Of a stretch of 64,000 bases of DNA, positions 1 to 9,698 are shown piece by piece (within the stretch, counting starts at the first letter, position 1; the number at the start of each line of letters is the position of its first letter). The notes below the pieces were generated by a model. It ran no database searches. It worked only from the letters and a program-made list of their open reading frames with translations, and had not been told where the DNA came from. The position numbers were made by a program, and so were the translations under genes. This DNA is from a virus: positions 2,783 to 66,782 of IMG/VR virus record IMGVR_UViG_3300028840_002073; one strand, 5' to 3'.

Positions 1-447
1 GGTGACCCGCAGCTCGGCGCCGCTGTTCTGGATGTTTGACCAGACGCGCCCCTCTCCGGTAAGCTCGCCGACGTTGACGATGTTCGACGGGTCGGATTCC
101 GCCAGGACTCGCAGACCGTTCTTGTGGAGGAACGTGATGTAGGCGAGGCATCCGCCGCTCGACCCACCGCTCCCGCTCCCCGGGACCACCGACAGCTTCT
201 CGCTCGGCGGAACGATCCCCGCCTTGAGCCAGCGTCGGTCGGCGGCGTGCCGGACCAAGACCCGCGAGTATACCCCTCCGAGGTAGGCGTCTCCACGGAA
301 TTTCTCGAAGACGGGCCGGCGGTCTGTCCTGTACACCCCCTGGCTCGAGAGGTCGCCGTAGTCTATCCCACCCGACGCCCCATCCGTTCCGATGTTCGTC
401 GCTGTGTTAATCGAGGACGGATCGTCCTGGGTGTAGAAGATAGCCAC
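1..447 (-). CDS. Putative tail/virion protein, 3' end outside the window
   Basis: Hand translation from GTG at 447 (MAIFYTQDDPSSINTATNIG...CLAYITFLHKNGLRVLAESDPSNIVNV...) stays open to position 1; abuts the stop of the upstream tail gene; missing from the ORF track. Confidence 0.7.
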   Translation of the reverse strand, partial: MAIFYTQDDPSSINTATNIGTDGASGGIDYGDLSSQGVYRTDRRPVFEKFRGDAYLGGVYSRVLVRHAADRRWLKAGIVPPSEKLSVVPGSGSGGSSGGCLAYITFLHKNGLRVLAESDPSNIVNVGELTGEGRVWSNIQNSGAELRVT

Positions 448-448
448 C

Positions 449-2050
449 CTAGAGTTCCTCGTCGTTCAGCACCGTGTCCTCCGGCGCGTGGGTGATGACG
501 TGCTTCCCAACCTGTTCGATCTCGTAGTCCGGGGGACTCAACTGGCTGGGGTCCGGGTACAGCGCGGTCACTGTCGGTCCGTTCGTGGTGTTGAAGTTGG
601 AAATCTCGGTGAAGTACTCCTTGACGATTCCGTTGCCCGCCTGGTTTGCCCAGTAGGCTTCGACGGCTACGGCGCCCATGAAGACTCGCCCGCCCGCGAC
701 GTGCATCCAGTAGCAGTCGCCTGGCCAGTCCTGGGCCCAGTTGATCTCCTTCGGGAGTTGCGTCCAAGTGCTGTCGTTCACCCACTTCCGCAGGTAGAAG
801 CCAGAGGCAGCGAAGCCCTCCCAGGTGTACTCCGTGACGTAGAGGGTGTTCCGGTACTGGAGGAACATCCCGGCCGCCAGGACGTCTCCGCTGGTCGATC
901 CGTCCACCCACGGGAACTGGTAGATGTAGGCGGGCAGGGTCGAGCCACCCTGGTAGCGGTAGATCCGAGGCGAGTTGTTTCCTGTGGTCGAGTTCTCGTT
1001 GGCGACGATGTAGAGGGATCCGTTCCACGGTGCGATGTCGGTGACGATGATGTTCGTCTCCGGCAGGGTGACGGTGGACCAGGTCGCGCCCGGCGCCGGC
1101 AGGAAGGCGGCCACCGCCGTTCCCGTGCCACCGTCGACCGACGTGGTCGATCCGATGGCGAAAACGCCCAGCCCGTTGTAGACCCCGAGGCGCACGTAGT
1201 AGGTCCCGCTGAAGTCGTGCTCCTCCTGGAGGGTGGTCCCGTCGAAGCTCCAGACGGTGCCGTCCGTCCGGGCGATGTACATGACCTCACGGATCTGGTC
1301 CGCGCCCTCCAGCTCCTCCTGGGTCCGCTCGAACACGGAGACGGCGTCGGAGATGAGAGCCTTGGCCGCGCCCTCGTCCGCCACCACCCACAGATCGCGG
1401 TAGACCTCGTAGGCGGCCGCCTCCTCTCCCTCCGTGGGGAGCTTCACCTCGTAGAGGCAGACGACGTACTCCTCCTCGTCCTCCTCATTCTCCTTTGGCC
1501 GGGGCCTCCAGCCGAACTGCAGAAGCCGCTTGCGGTACTTGATGAACGACACCCACGACCCGCCGTCGCCCACCTTGTAGTCGACCGTCTTCTGGCCGGT
1601 GATGATGCCGGCCTGTTTGGCCCCGGTGGGCTCGATGTACGGAGGGTCAAATGGCTTCTTGCCGGAGACGTCGGTTTCCCCGCGGTTGTACCGTTGGTAC
1701 TCCTCTCCGGTCGGCCGGGTTTCGTTGAAGTTGCCGAGGTTGGTGTCGTCGTCGTCGCCTGTGTTGGTGTTGTCCCAGAAGGCCGGCGTCACCCACAGCC
1801 CGATCCCGTCCTCGTCTATCTCGATCATCCCGGTGATGCAGCCGGCCACTCCGGTGTCGTGGTGTGGCACCAGGCCGGGGCGATCCGTCATCCCGGCCGG
1901 CGTCAGCCGCACATTCGAGAGAAAGTGGAACTGGTTGCCGGGGATGGCTCCCGGGTCCGCGGAGCGGTTCATCCCGCGGAAGTACTGGAACCCGAGGCCA
2001 GGCCTGACCTCGAACGGCTGCGACTCGGAGTCTGCGGTGGTCCTCGGCAT
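449..2050 (-). CDS. Putative tail tubular/stabilisation (nozzle, beta-propeller-like) protein
   Basis: 533 aa, beta-rich; N-terminal F.G.N...DP..I..NQ....NVRL...G....RPG pattern typical of podovirus tail-tube-B/P22 gp10-like proteins; follows the adaptor gene. Confidence 0.55.
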   Translation of the reverse strand: MPRTTADSESQPFEVRPGLGFQYFRGMNRSADPGAIPGNQFHFLSNVRLTPAGMTDRPGLVPHHDTGVAGCITGMIEIDEDGIGLWVTPAFWDNTNTGDDDDTNLGNFNETRPTGEEYQRYNRGETDVSGKKPFDPPYIEPTGAKQAGIITGQKTVDYKVGDGGSWVSFIKYRKRLLQFGWRPRPKENEEDEEEYVVCLYEVKLPTEGEEAAAYEVYRDLWVVADEGAAKALISDAVSVFERTQEELEGADQIREVMYIARTDGTVWSFDGTTLQEEHDFSGTYYVRLGVYNGLGVFAIGSTTSVDGGTGTAVAAFLPAPGATWSTVTLPETNIIVTDIAPWNGSLYIVANENSTTGNNSPRIYRYQGGSTLPAYIYQFPWVDGSTSGDVLAAGMFLQYRNTLYVTEYTWEGFAASGFYLRKWVNDSTWTQLPKEINWAQDWPGDCYWMHVAGGRVFMGAVAVEAYWANQAGNGIVKEYFTEISNFNTTNGPTVTALYPDPSQLSPPDYEIEQVGKHVITHAPEDTVLNDEEL

Positions 2051-2989
2051 CTAGGTCCGCCCGAAGAAGGAGGGGAGCTGGCGCCACTCGCCTTGGAACC
2101 GCTGCTCCTCCATCTTCATCATCTTCCGGCCCCGCGCGTACTCGTTGACCGACGTCTGCCACCTGGCGTCGCCCTTGGACTCCCGGGCCTTCGCGCGGAG
2201 GCCCGGCATGATGACGCTCTGGTGGTACTTCTCGGGGATCTTCTTGATGTCGTTGACGTGCCCCTCCAGGACGACCGAGGGCCCCAGCGCCTCGGCGACG
2301 AGCGTGTCCCCGGCCGGCTTCATGAGGGGCATGGAGTTGGCCGCGACCGTGCCGACGATCTCGAACTCGCCGTTGTTCTCCTCGTTGGCGAAGCCCGAGA
2401 TGCGGACGTACTTCTGGTTGAGGAACTGCGTGGTGAAGTCCGTCGTGCTGGCAGTCAGGGTGCCCTGGTTGCCGTCCACGGCGGTCATGGCGATGTCGGT
2501 CTTCGCGGTGAACCCGACGACCTCATCGAGGCGCGGCGGGTTGGACTGATACCAGACGGCCAGCGTGATGTCCTGGCCCGGAATCGGGATCTGGACGTAC
2601 TGCCGGTAGAACGGACCCTGGCCGAAGATGGAGCAGATCCACGGGTTCGAGGTTTGGTAGTCCGCCTCCCTCAGGTCGGTGATGACTCCTTCGTGGCTGA
2701 CTTTGAGGCGGCGCCCGTCGCCCTGGACTCCTGGGATCGGGTAGTAGATGCCTCCGTAGTGGCCGAGGCTCTGGAAGTCGGGAGGGAGCTCGACGTAGCC
2801 GGTGGCGGCCGGGATCGTGATGGTGTCGCGCTTCTTCTTCCAGCTCCAGTCGCTCTCCCACCAGACCTCGGCCGCTACCTCGCGGAGATACTCCAGGTGG
2901 CGGATCCGTCGCTCTGTGTTGTCTGCCCCGGTGTCGTCTACGTTGTCGTCCCGCCCGAGGACCTGGTCGATCATCTCGGTGACGTTCAC
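2051..2989 (-). CDS. Putative head-tail adaptor / tail tubular protein A
   Basis: W.W.....TIT....YVELP.DF and IPEKYH..I..G motifs typical of phage adaptors; position downstream of capsid; GTG start chosen. Confidence 0.6.
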   Translation of the reverse strand: MNVTEMIDQVLGRDDNVDDTGADNTERRIRHLEYLREVAAEVWWESDWSWKKKRDTITIPAATGYVELPPDFQSLGHYGGIYYPIPGVQGDGRRLKVSHEGVITDLREADYQTSNPWICSIFGQGPFYRQYVQIPIPGQDITLAVWYQSNPPRLDEVVGFTAKTDIAMTAVDGNQGTLTASTTDFTTQFLNQKYVRISGFANEENNGEFEIVGTVAANSMPLMKPAGDTLVAEALGPSVVLEGHVNDIKKIPEKYHQSVIMPGLRAKARESKGDARWQTSVNEYARGRKMMKMEEQRFQGEWRQLPSFFGRT

Positions 2990-3012
2990 GGACCCCCCTC
3001 CCGGGGGCAAGC

Positions 3013-3789
3013 TCAGGCCGTCGCTTCCGACGCCTCCTTGCGCCCCTTGATCTTCTCCTTCACGAATTCGATCTGCTCGTCGTCGCCCTCGATCAGGCCC
3101 TCGAGCTCGGTCTTCGTGAGCTTCAGGCCAACCTCATGGGCCTGGGCCATGATCTGCTTCGCGGTGAGCTGCTCGACTTCCGCGACCTCCTGCGGCTTCG
3201 GCTTGACGAACTGACCCGAGAGCACCGCGGCCAGGTCGTCCTTTCCGAATCGCGCCACGTCGGCGGTCCGGCGCTGCTGGAGATGGGAGATGGCCCAGGC
3301 GACTCGCTCCGCGTTGGAGCCCTCCGGTGCCGGCTGTCCCTTCTCCTCGTACTTGCTGATCCGCTCCATCTCGGTCGAGAGGATCTGCTGGGCGCGGGCG
3401 TCCTGCGACCGCTCCCACATGGGCCGTGCCGCTTCCATGGCGGCCTGGACCTGGTCGGGCTTGCCGACGATCTCGAGGCCCCGCTCGAACAGGTGGGTCT
3501 TGTCCCGCTCGAGGAACTCGCAGAACTCGCCCACGTCAAAGACCTTCTTGACCCCACCTGACGGGGTATCCACGACGACGTCGGTCACGAGGAGCGTCCC
3601 CGGGATGAGCCGGTCCTTGCCGTCTCTGGCCGACTCGAATCGGAACGGGTGTCCCTTGCCGATCTGTGCCGTCTCGTTGTGTGCCGGCAGCAAGATCGGC
3701 TTGCCGTCGTACCGAAGCTGCTCTCTCTCGTCTCCACTCCACACGAGGATCTGCGCGTTGATCCTGTTCCACAGCCGCTTGGCTCTCAT
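3013..3789 (-). CDS. Hypothetical phage protein (258 aa)
   Basis: Coding-like codon bias; ATGA-coupled to the upstream gene. Confidence 0.75.
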   Translation of the reverse strand: MRAKRLWNRINAQILVWSGDEREQLRYDGKPILLPAHNETAQIGKGHPFRFESARDGKDRLIPGTLLVTDVVVDTPSGGVKKVFDVGEFCEFLERDKTHLFERGLEIVGKPDQVQAAMEAARPMWERSQDARAQQILSTEMERISKYEEKGQPAPEGSNAERVAWAISHLQQRRTADVARFGKDDLAAVLSGQFVKPKPQEVAEVEQLTAKQIMAQAHEVGLKLTKTELEGLIEGDDEQIEFVKEKIKGRKEASEATA

Positions 3790-4511
3790 GCGTCACTCCT
3801 GGAGGGGGCGACCCTCCCGTATGTCTCAAACGGGGACCGGGGCGACCGGCCCGCCGCCTTGCCTACCGTCACCATCGGATTCGCCTCTCGATGGCGGGGC
3901 GGGGTTCGTCCTTCACGAATGGCCCGTTCACGCTCGGCCATGAATCGGGAGTACTTCTGCCAGTCTGCTGCCGAGAGCTTCTCCAGTTGCCTCAGGATGT
4001 ACGGCTCGACGTGCTTCTTCGTGTACTCGAGCTTCTCCTCCCAGTCGGCGTGCGCCTTTGCCTCGCGCTCGCGCCGCTTCTCGATGCGCTTCCAGTAGGC
4101 CGCGATGGTGATGCGCTCGTACTTCGTCCGGCACCAGCGGTAGGTGTCCCAGCTCCAGGGCATGAAGTCCCCGGGCCCACTCAGCATGTACCGGGCCGAG
4201 TAGACGTCCTCGAAGATGGCGTCGAGGAAGTTGGGTTCGGGGAAGTCGGCCCCGGCCGGCATCTCGACCTGGAACGGCTTTCGAAGGTGCTTGAAGAACG
4301 GGTAGTGCCGTCCGATCCCGTGGTGTACGAACTGGCGCGGCTGCTTCTCCCCCGGTGGGATGTAGACGGCGATGCGCCAGATCGGGATGACGCCCGGATC
4401 GAAAGAGCGAATGGCAGCCGTGACAGCAGGGTCGGCGTCGTACCCCGGTGGGGCCAATGCCGAAATGCGTTCCGACCTCCAGATCCAACCCTTGTCTGTC
4501 ACGACTGCCAC
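3786..4511 (-). CDS. Hypothetical phage protein (up to 241 aa)
   Basis: Open frame in the late operon with coding-like composition. Confidence 0.75.
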   Translation of the reverse strand: MAVVTDKGWIWRSERISALAPPGYDADPAVTAAIRSFDPGVIPIWRIAVYIPPGEKQPRQFVHHGIGRHYPFFKHLRKPFQVEMPAGADFPEPNFLDAIFEDVYSARYMLSGPGDFMPWSWDTYRWCRTKYERITIAAYWKRIEKRREREAKAHADWEEKLEYTKKHVEPYILRQLEKLSAADWQKYSRFMAERERAIREGRTPPRHREANPMVTVGKAAGRSPRSPFETYGRVAPSRSDA

Positions 4512-4519
4512 CCCCCTTT

Positions 4520-5317
4520 CTACGGCAACGACTGGAGCTTCGGATCCTTCCGGACGGCCGCGAGAGCTCCGCCCTCGATCTCCTTGATGCCGAAGTCGCT
4601 TCCACCCGTGACCTGGAGCCAGTGGATGAAAGGCAGGACGATCTCGGCGGCATCGAAAGCGAATGCACCGCCGTACTTCGTGCCGTTCACGTAGAACGTC
4701 ACGTTGCCGGCCTTGTCGACCCGCACCTCGAGCTCGACGTCCACGCCGTCCGCCACGTCCACTCCGGTGTCCGTGGTGGCGGTGGCCCCGCCGTTGAGGA
4801 TCGTCTCGATGTTGACGTCGCCGCCCTGGAGGTTCAGGCAGGCCATCTCGTCGTAGTCGTCGAGAGCGGCCTGGAACGCCTCGGCCTTGCGGAATCCGAT
4901 GGCGGCCTCGGCCACGTTGGCGACCGTCTCCGCGAAGAACTTGACCCGGAGGAACTTGGCGACGCCCTCGCCGACCGTGTGGGCCAGCGGGTTGCCGTCC
5001 GTCAGGCCGGCGCCCAGCAGGTACTCGACGCCGTCCGCGGCCGTCTTGTCGAGGCCGGCGAGGAGGCAGTCCTGCGCGAAGTCCATGGTCGGGGCCAGGA
5101 GCGTCTGGGTCCCGATCATGTGGTAGACCACGTCCAGGTTGGGGAAGGCCGCGACGTTCTCGTCACCCCCGGTCCCGGTCGGATCCGAGTATCCGTCTCC
5201 CGCATGGCAGCGCGGGGCCGCCGACGGGAAGATGAACTTGAAGTACTGGCCACGGTAGAACCCGTCGTGCAGCACGATGCCACCGACAGACCCGTTGCCC
5301 TGCGATACGAACGACAC
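4520..5317 (-). CDS. Putative capsid-associated/decoration protein
   Basis: Directly downstream of the major capsid gene; beta-sandwich-like composition; start uncertain (5317 or 5350). Confidence 0.5.
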   Translation of the reverse strand: MSFVSQGNGSVGGIVLHDGFYRGQYFKFIFPSAAPRCHAGDGYSDPTGTGGDENVAAFPNLDVVYHMIGTQTLLAPTMDFAQDCLLAGLDKTAADGVEYLLGAGLTDGNPLAHTVGEGVAKFLRVKFFAETVANVAEAAIGFRKAEAFQAALDDYDEMACLNLQGGDVNIETILNGGATATTDTGVDVADGVDVELEVRVDKAGNVTFYVNGTKYGGAFAFDAAEIVLPFIHWLQVTGGSDFGIKEIEGGALAAVRKDPKLQSLP

Positions 5318-5366
5318 TCCACCTCTGCCCACTGTACGTCCTCCTCTCACCCCCTTCGTCTGGGGG

Positions 5367-5397
5367 AAATCCCGGGGGGCGTGAGCTGCCCCCCGGG
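5367..5397 (-). terminator. GC-rich hairpin after the major capsid gene, possible partial terminator
   Basis: CCCGGGGGGC-N7-GCCCCCCGGG followed on the minus strand by only a short ATTT. Confidence 0.45.
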
Positions 5398-5415
5398 GGC
5401 ACTGACGTTAGACCT

Positions 5416-6669
5416 CTACGTGCCCAGGATCGGGTCCGTGAGGCCCTCGAGCCGCGAGCTCGACCGCGGCATGGTGTTGATCTGGTTCTCGACGCAGCCC
5501 ACGTAGGCCAGGAACCCGGCCTTGTGACCCCCCGACGTCGGGATCATCTTCAGCAGGGCATCGTCGTCGATCCAGTCGACGTCCATCGCGGTGTACCGAC
5601 CGAACACCTCCCAGCAGAGGAAGTAGATCCGACCGGGCTCGATGTCGAAGTCGACCTCGAGCTTCATGTTGACGCCGGGGTAGATGATCTGGAGCGAGTC
5701 CTCGTCGTACCCCACGGTGTACTTCGGCGCGGACCCGGTCGGACCGGGGTAGCGCCGCTCGGCCTGGATGAACTCGACGTACTTCCGGGCCTGACCGGTG
5801 TTGGTGAGCGCACGGGTGACCCGCTTGCCCGTCTCCCTGCGCGGCAGGTCGATGGTCTGCAGGATCATCTGCTCGGTCAGGTCGTTGTTGCCCGCGTCCT
5901 CGACGAACGAGTTGAGCTCCGGGTAGGTCGAACGGGACTGGCCGAAGATGGACGCGGCGTCCGAGGCGTCACCGATGATCTGCGGGAGGGTCCAGATGGA
6001 CCGCCCGGAGGTGCCGGTGATGTAGACCTCGTCGCCGGCCGCGATGGCCGCGTCGTCCGCGCCGGAGTACGTGATGACGTTCGTGTCGCGGTTCAGGACG
6101 GTGATGGTCCGGTTGACGGCGGTGCGGAGGGCCCCGCCGGGGATCTTGAAGTCGATCCGCATGTTCTTGTTGAGAAGCAGGTTGCCCAGCGGCGTCGCCA
6201 GGGTCACGGTGCTCGACCCGTCGTTGGTCGAGACGTAGCCCAGGATGGCGCCGTAGGAGCCGGCGTAGACCTTGTTGATGTACTTGCCGAGTTCCGCGAC
6301 GGTGTTCTCGACGCGGTCGGCCATGATGCCGCCCTGGTTGAAGGTGCCCACCTTGGACTTGGCGGCGACCTTGGTCTTGACACCGATCTGGAACGAGCCG
6401 GTGAACAGTTCCGGGGTCACTTCGCCCTGCACGCGGGTGGGGTCGATGGGCGACGGGAAGTCGCCCACGTCGGCGATGAGGCCGACGTTCCAGGCGGACG
6501 CGATCCCCAGCGGGAACTTGGCGATCCCGTCGTTCATGACGAGATCGACCCGCTGAAGGTCACGCCTGTACTTCGTCTCCTTGTTGACGGGCTCCTCGAA
6601 CGTCCCCGGGGGGTATGCGTTCTTGAGCTCGGTGGTGATGTCTTCGAATGCTCCTGGGGTGGTGGCCAT
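5416..6669 (-). CDS. Major capsid protein (HK97 fold presumed)
   Basis: 417 aa after scaffold; strong codon bias; ELK..YP N-arm, L.QI...IFG.SRSTYP.L.S pattern and C-terminal ...L.GL typical of this capsid class. Confidence 0.8.
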   Translation of the reverse strand: MATTPGAFEDITTELKNAYPPGTFEEPVNKETKYRRDLQRVDLVMNDGIAKFPLGIASAWNVGLIADVGDFPSPIDPTRVQGEVTPELFTGSFQIGVKTKVAAKSKVGTFNQGGIMADRVENTVAELGKYINKVYAGSYGAILGYVSTNDGSSTVTLATPLGNLLLNKNMRIDFKIPGGALRTAVNRTITVLNRDTNVITYSGADDAAIAAGDEVYITGTSGRSIWTLPQIIGDASDAASIFGQSRSTYPELNSFVEDAGNNDLTEQMILQTIDLPRRETGKRVTRALTNTGQARKYVEFIQAERRYPGPTGSAPKYTVGYDEDSLQIIYPGVNMKLEVDFDIEPGRIYFLCWEVFGRYTAMDVDWIDDDALLKMIPTSGGHKAGFLAYVGCVENQINTMPRSSSRLEGLTDPILGT

Positions 6670-6684
6670 TGTCGTTCTCTAGGA

Positions 6685-7818
6685 CTACAGACCTCTCTCG
6701 CGCAGGTACTTTCTGGCCCTGAGCATCTGAGGGGTCGTGTCGCCCGTGGACATGAGAGAAGGCGGAACCGGAGGCTTCTTCGCCACCGGCACCGGCTTGT
6801 TTGCGTTCTTGCCGGTCACCTTCCGCTTCTCAGCCGAACGCTTCTCGAAGCGGGTCCTCGACACCAGGTCGCGGTCGGTGAGGTACTCCTTGACGTAGGA
6901 CTCCACCATCTGGGGGACGTCGAGGTCCTCCAGGTCGGTGTCGCCCTGATTCATCAAGTCGACCATCATCGCGCGGTTGACGTGGTTCCAGAGAGACTGT
7001 CGGAACCGCTCCTCGGGGGGAGCGTCCAGTCCGTCTGCCGTCTTGGTGATGAGGGTATCCACGTACTTCGGGAATTCGGCGTTGAAGCGGGCGGTCTTCG
7101 CCTGCTCGCTCTTTTCGGTTGACCTCTGCTGTTTCGCTGCCTTGATGAGCCAGTCCTTGTCGGTGAGGAGTCGCTCCATGTCGAAGGCGTAGCCCTCGCG
7201 CTTGTCGTTGAGGTTTCCGTACCGATCAATGACCGACTGTCGCTTGCCTTGCGCCGCCTCGAGCTGGGCCTTGAGACTCTCCTTCCGGTACTCGTCGTCC
7301 GAATCTTCGAGCCTGGCTTCGATCTTGGCGATGTTCTTGTCGGCGTCAGCGAGCTTGACCAGGACTTCCTGCTGCTGCTTCTCTGCTGTCTGGTCTTTCT
7401 GATAGAGGGTCTGGATGCGCTTGTCGAGGGCCTCGATCTGAGGAGTGGACGGGGGCTCGTCGGGTTCCTCGGGCTCCGGGGGCTCCTCCTTGGCGAGTTG
7501 CTCCCTGAGTTCCTCGTTCTCCCGAGCGACACGAGAGGCGTAGTTCTTCGCCTCCCAATACTGATCGCCAACCTGGGCCCGCAACTCCTTGTCGGAGAGG
7601 TTCGGGTACTTGGCCCGCAGGGCCTTCCAGGACTCGGCGTCTTCTTCCTCGGCTGCTCCTTCAGTCGTGGCGTCTTCCGGTTCGGCTTCGGCCTCACCTT
7701 CGGCGCCAGGGACCTCGATTTCGTCTCCGTCTTCGGTGGGGGGCGTCCCCGTCATGTCCTCGGGCGCACCATCAGAGGGCGTCTCGGTGGCTGCGTCGAG
7801 GTTTCCGTTTTCCTTCAT
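6685..7818 (-). CDS. Capsid scaffolding protein
   Basis: Acidic disordered N-terminus, long coiled-coil, basic C-terminus; immediately upstream of MCP. Confidence 0.7.
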   Translation of the reverse strand: MKENGNLDAATETPSDGAPEDMTGTPPTEDGDEIEVPGAEGEAEAEPEDATTEGAAEEEDAESWKALRAKYPNLSDKELRAQVGDQYWEAKNYASRVARENEELREQLAKEEPPEPEEPDEPPSTPQIEALDKRIQTLYQKDQTAEKQQQEVLVKLADADKNIAKIEARLEDSDDEYRKESLKAQLEAAQGKRQSVIDRYGNLNDKREGYAFDMERLLTDKDWLIKAAKQQRSTEKSEQAKTARFNAEFPKYVDTLITKTADGLDAPPEERFRQSLWNHVNRAMMVDLMNQGDTDLEDLDVPQMVESYVKEYLTDRDLVSRTRFEKRSAEKRKVTGKNANKPVPVAKKPPVPPSLMSTGDTTPQMLRARKYLRERGL

Positions 7819-7946
7819 CTCAACCTCCGCGGGGCGACCGCGTACTTGCTACGTCGTGGTACGATTCGTCTCGGGCAGGGTGTGGTATGGGAGCCGACAC
7901 CCGGGACCCACCTGGGGATTGTCGGCCCCTGCCCCTTCCATCCTTC

Positions 7947-8252
7947 TCAGTCTCCTCCCGCCACATCCCGGAACGCGAGAATCTCGTCCTCACGGAGGAT
8001 GATGATGCTGTCGTCGTCCGGCTCCAGGTTGATACCGGCGTGCTCGTGGAACAGGACCTCCTGGCCGACCTGAACGACCAGGGGGATGGGGTAGGACAGC
8101 CCCGGAACGAGTCGGCCCGTACCGACCTTCAGGATGATGCCCTTGTTCTTCAGAGTCTCGTGGGCGGGCGCAACGTCGATACCCGCGATGGCCTTGTCGG
8201 GCGCGTGCCGTTGCACCACGATCTTGTCGTACAGCGTGTTCCAGTCCGTCAC
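7947..8252 (-). CDS. groES: Co-chaperonin GroES (Cpn10)-like protein
   Basis: LYDKIVV...GI...G.I.KVGTGR...P..VQVG.EVLF...G.......ILREDEILA matches the Cpn10 pattern. Confidence 0.85.
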   Translation of the reverse strand: MTDWNTLYDKIVVQRHAPDKAIAGIDVAPAHETLKNKGIILKVGTGRLVPGLSYPIPLVVQVGQEVLFHEHAGINLEPDDDSIIILREDEILAFRDVAGGD

Positions 8253-8261
8253 GTAGCCTCC

Positions 8262-8768
8262 CTACTGGCTATCGTCGTCGCTCTCGCCCTTCTTCTTCTT
8301 CTTCTCTCGGGCCGCCACGTCTCCGATGCCACCGGTTGGCTTGGCGGCGGCGGTGCCCTGGAGCTTCTCTCTGGTGGCGGCGCGGGCCACGTCCTTCTCG
8401 ACCTTCTCGAGTCGGCGCCGCTCGCCCCGCTCGTGGAGGCTGGTGCCGCGCCCGCCCTTGCTTGTCTTGGTCACGGTGCGCCCGCCGAGGGCCTTCGCCC
8501 CGGCCGACGCCGGCTGGCCCTCCGAGCTCCGCGGCGCCTTCGCCTTCGGCGTCTCCTTCGGGGCCTCGGTCTTCGCGGGGGCCTTCTGCTTGGAGGACTT
8601 CACGAACTCGCCCCACGCCTTCTTCCCGGCCGGCGAGGAGGCCCAGGCCTTGTACGCCTCGCGGGACTTCACCGCGTCGGCTGAGATCCCGGTCTTGTAC
8701 TTCTTGCCGGTGGTCCGCTCGTAGACACCGATGGCGTCCTGGGCGGTGTGCTTCTTCTTCTCGGCCAT
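8262..8768 (-). CDS. Lys/Arg-rich hypothetical protein
   Basis: 168 aa, GGAGG RBS, codon bias. Confidence 0.7.
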   Translation of the reverse strand: MAEKKKHTAQDAIGVYERTTGKKYKTGISADAVKSREAYKAWASSPAGKKAWGEFVKSSKQKAPAKTEAPKETPKAKAPRSSEGQPASAGAKALGGRTVTKTSKGGRGTSLHERGERRRLEKVEKDVARAATREKLQGTAAAKPTGGIGDVAAREKKKKKGESDDDSQ

Positions 8769-8769
8769 C

Positions 8770-9063
8770 TCACTTCCTCCCGAAGCTGACTTCCCCCGAC
8801 TCGACCTTCAGGTTCTTCTTCTTCCCCTTCACCGCAGGACGCTCGACCTCGTGGAGGGAACCCTTCCGGAGGGCCTGGTGCCCCCCATGGGTTCGCAGGC
8901 TGCCCTCGCTGTCGCCCATGTCGATGCTGTCGCCGCCGTAGACCTTCGTCCCGACCGGGGCCTTCTCCCACTTCCTCTGTCCCGCCCGCCTCACCCGTGG
9001 CGTCCCGCCCTTGAGGAGCGAGATCGTGCCGATGGCAGCAGCCGCATCCTTGGCGCTAGGCAT
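8770..9063 (-). CDS. Small basic hypothetical protein
   Basis: 97 aa, tightly packed in the operon. Confidence 0.65.
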   Translation of the reverse strand: MPSAKDAAAAIGTISLLKGGTPRVRRAGQRKWEKAPVGTKVYGGDSIDMGDSEGSLRTHGGHQALRKGSLHEVERPAVKGKKKNLKVESGEVSFGRK

Positions 9064-9226
9064 GGATCTTCCTCTCCATCCGGCGCCCCTTCTTCGTCAC
9101 CTTCGAGCCCTTCATGGCGCCCATTGAATTCATGATCGCGTAGGCCGACTCCTCTGCCGAACGCCCCTTGTAGGAGGGCTTGCCCCGAAGGCTGGCGACG
9201 ATCTGTCGCTTCAGCTTCTCGGGCAT
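9056..9226 (-). CDS. Small basic hypothetical protein (56 aa)
   Basis: Hand translation MPEKLKRQIVASLRGKPSYKGRSAEESAYAIMNSMGAMKGSKVTKKGRRMERKIHA; TGATG-coupled; not in the ORF track. Confidence 0.65.
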   Translation of the reverse strand: MPEKLKRQIVASLRGKPSYKGRSAEESAYAIMNSMGAMKGSKVTKKGRRMERKIHA

Positions 9227-9420
9227 CACCGTCTCTGGAGGCGCATCCTCATGGCCTCGCCGGCCTGCCCGGCGGTGGCCCGGCCCCGCCGGCCCTGGCG
9301 GGGCTTCGGTCGTCCCGCGCCCGGAGCTCGTGGCGCTCCGGAGGGCGGGGTGGTGCCGCCGGGCTGGTACGTGCCCTGCGGTCGGCCAGGTGGCATCCGG
9401 CGGTCGAGAGCTGGCTTCAT
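9226..9420 (-). CDS. Small Arg/Gly/Pro-rich hypothetical protein
   Basis: 64 aa, coupled to both neighbours. Confidence 0.55.
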   Translation of the reverse strand: MKPALDRRMPPGRPQGTYQPGGTTPPSGAPRAPGAGRPKPRQGRRGRATAGQAGEAMRMRLQRR

Positions 9421-9689
9421 CGCGTGTACTCCCTCAGTCCCTTCTCCATGCTCTTGGAGAGCGCCTGGGCCGCCTCGTTCGCCGACCGGCGCTTCGAGAT
9501 CCGCTTGCCCCGCTTCCGGGGATGCGACACGACCGGCCCCGGACGGGTCTGCTCGTCGTAGTAGCTCGTCTCGTTGGCCTCGAGACGGTCGTAGTCCTTC
9601 CGGTTGTGAGCCGGGGGGACCCGGTGGTCATCCGAGGGCAGGGAGGTGTGCCCCTTGTCCCTCATGTTTCCGTGCATCTTTCCCTTCAT
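9417..9689 (-). CDS. Small basic hypothetical protein
   Basis: 90 aa, AGGAGG RBS after the portal stop. Confidence 0.65.
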   Translation of the reverse strand: MKGKMHGNMRDKGHTSLPSDDHRVPPAHNRKDYDRLEANETSYYDEQTRPGPVVSHPRKRGKRISKRRSANEAAQALSKSMEKGLREYTR

Positions 9690-9698
9690 CGCGTCCTC

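Noticed and set aside
160-190. Apparent frameshift in the first partial gene
   Set aside because: Recounting the C/G run shows a continuous frame (VVPGSGSGGSSGGCLAY)
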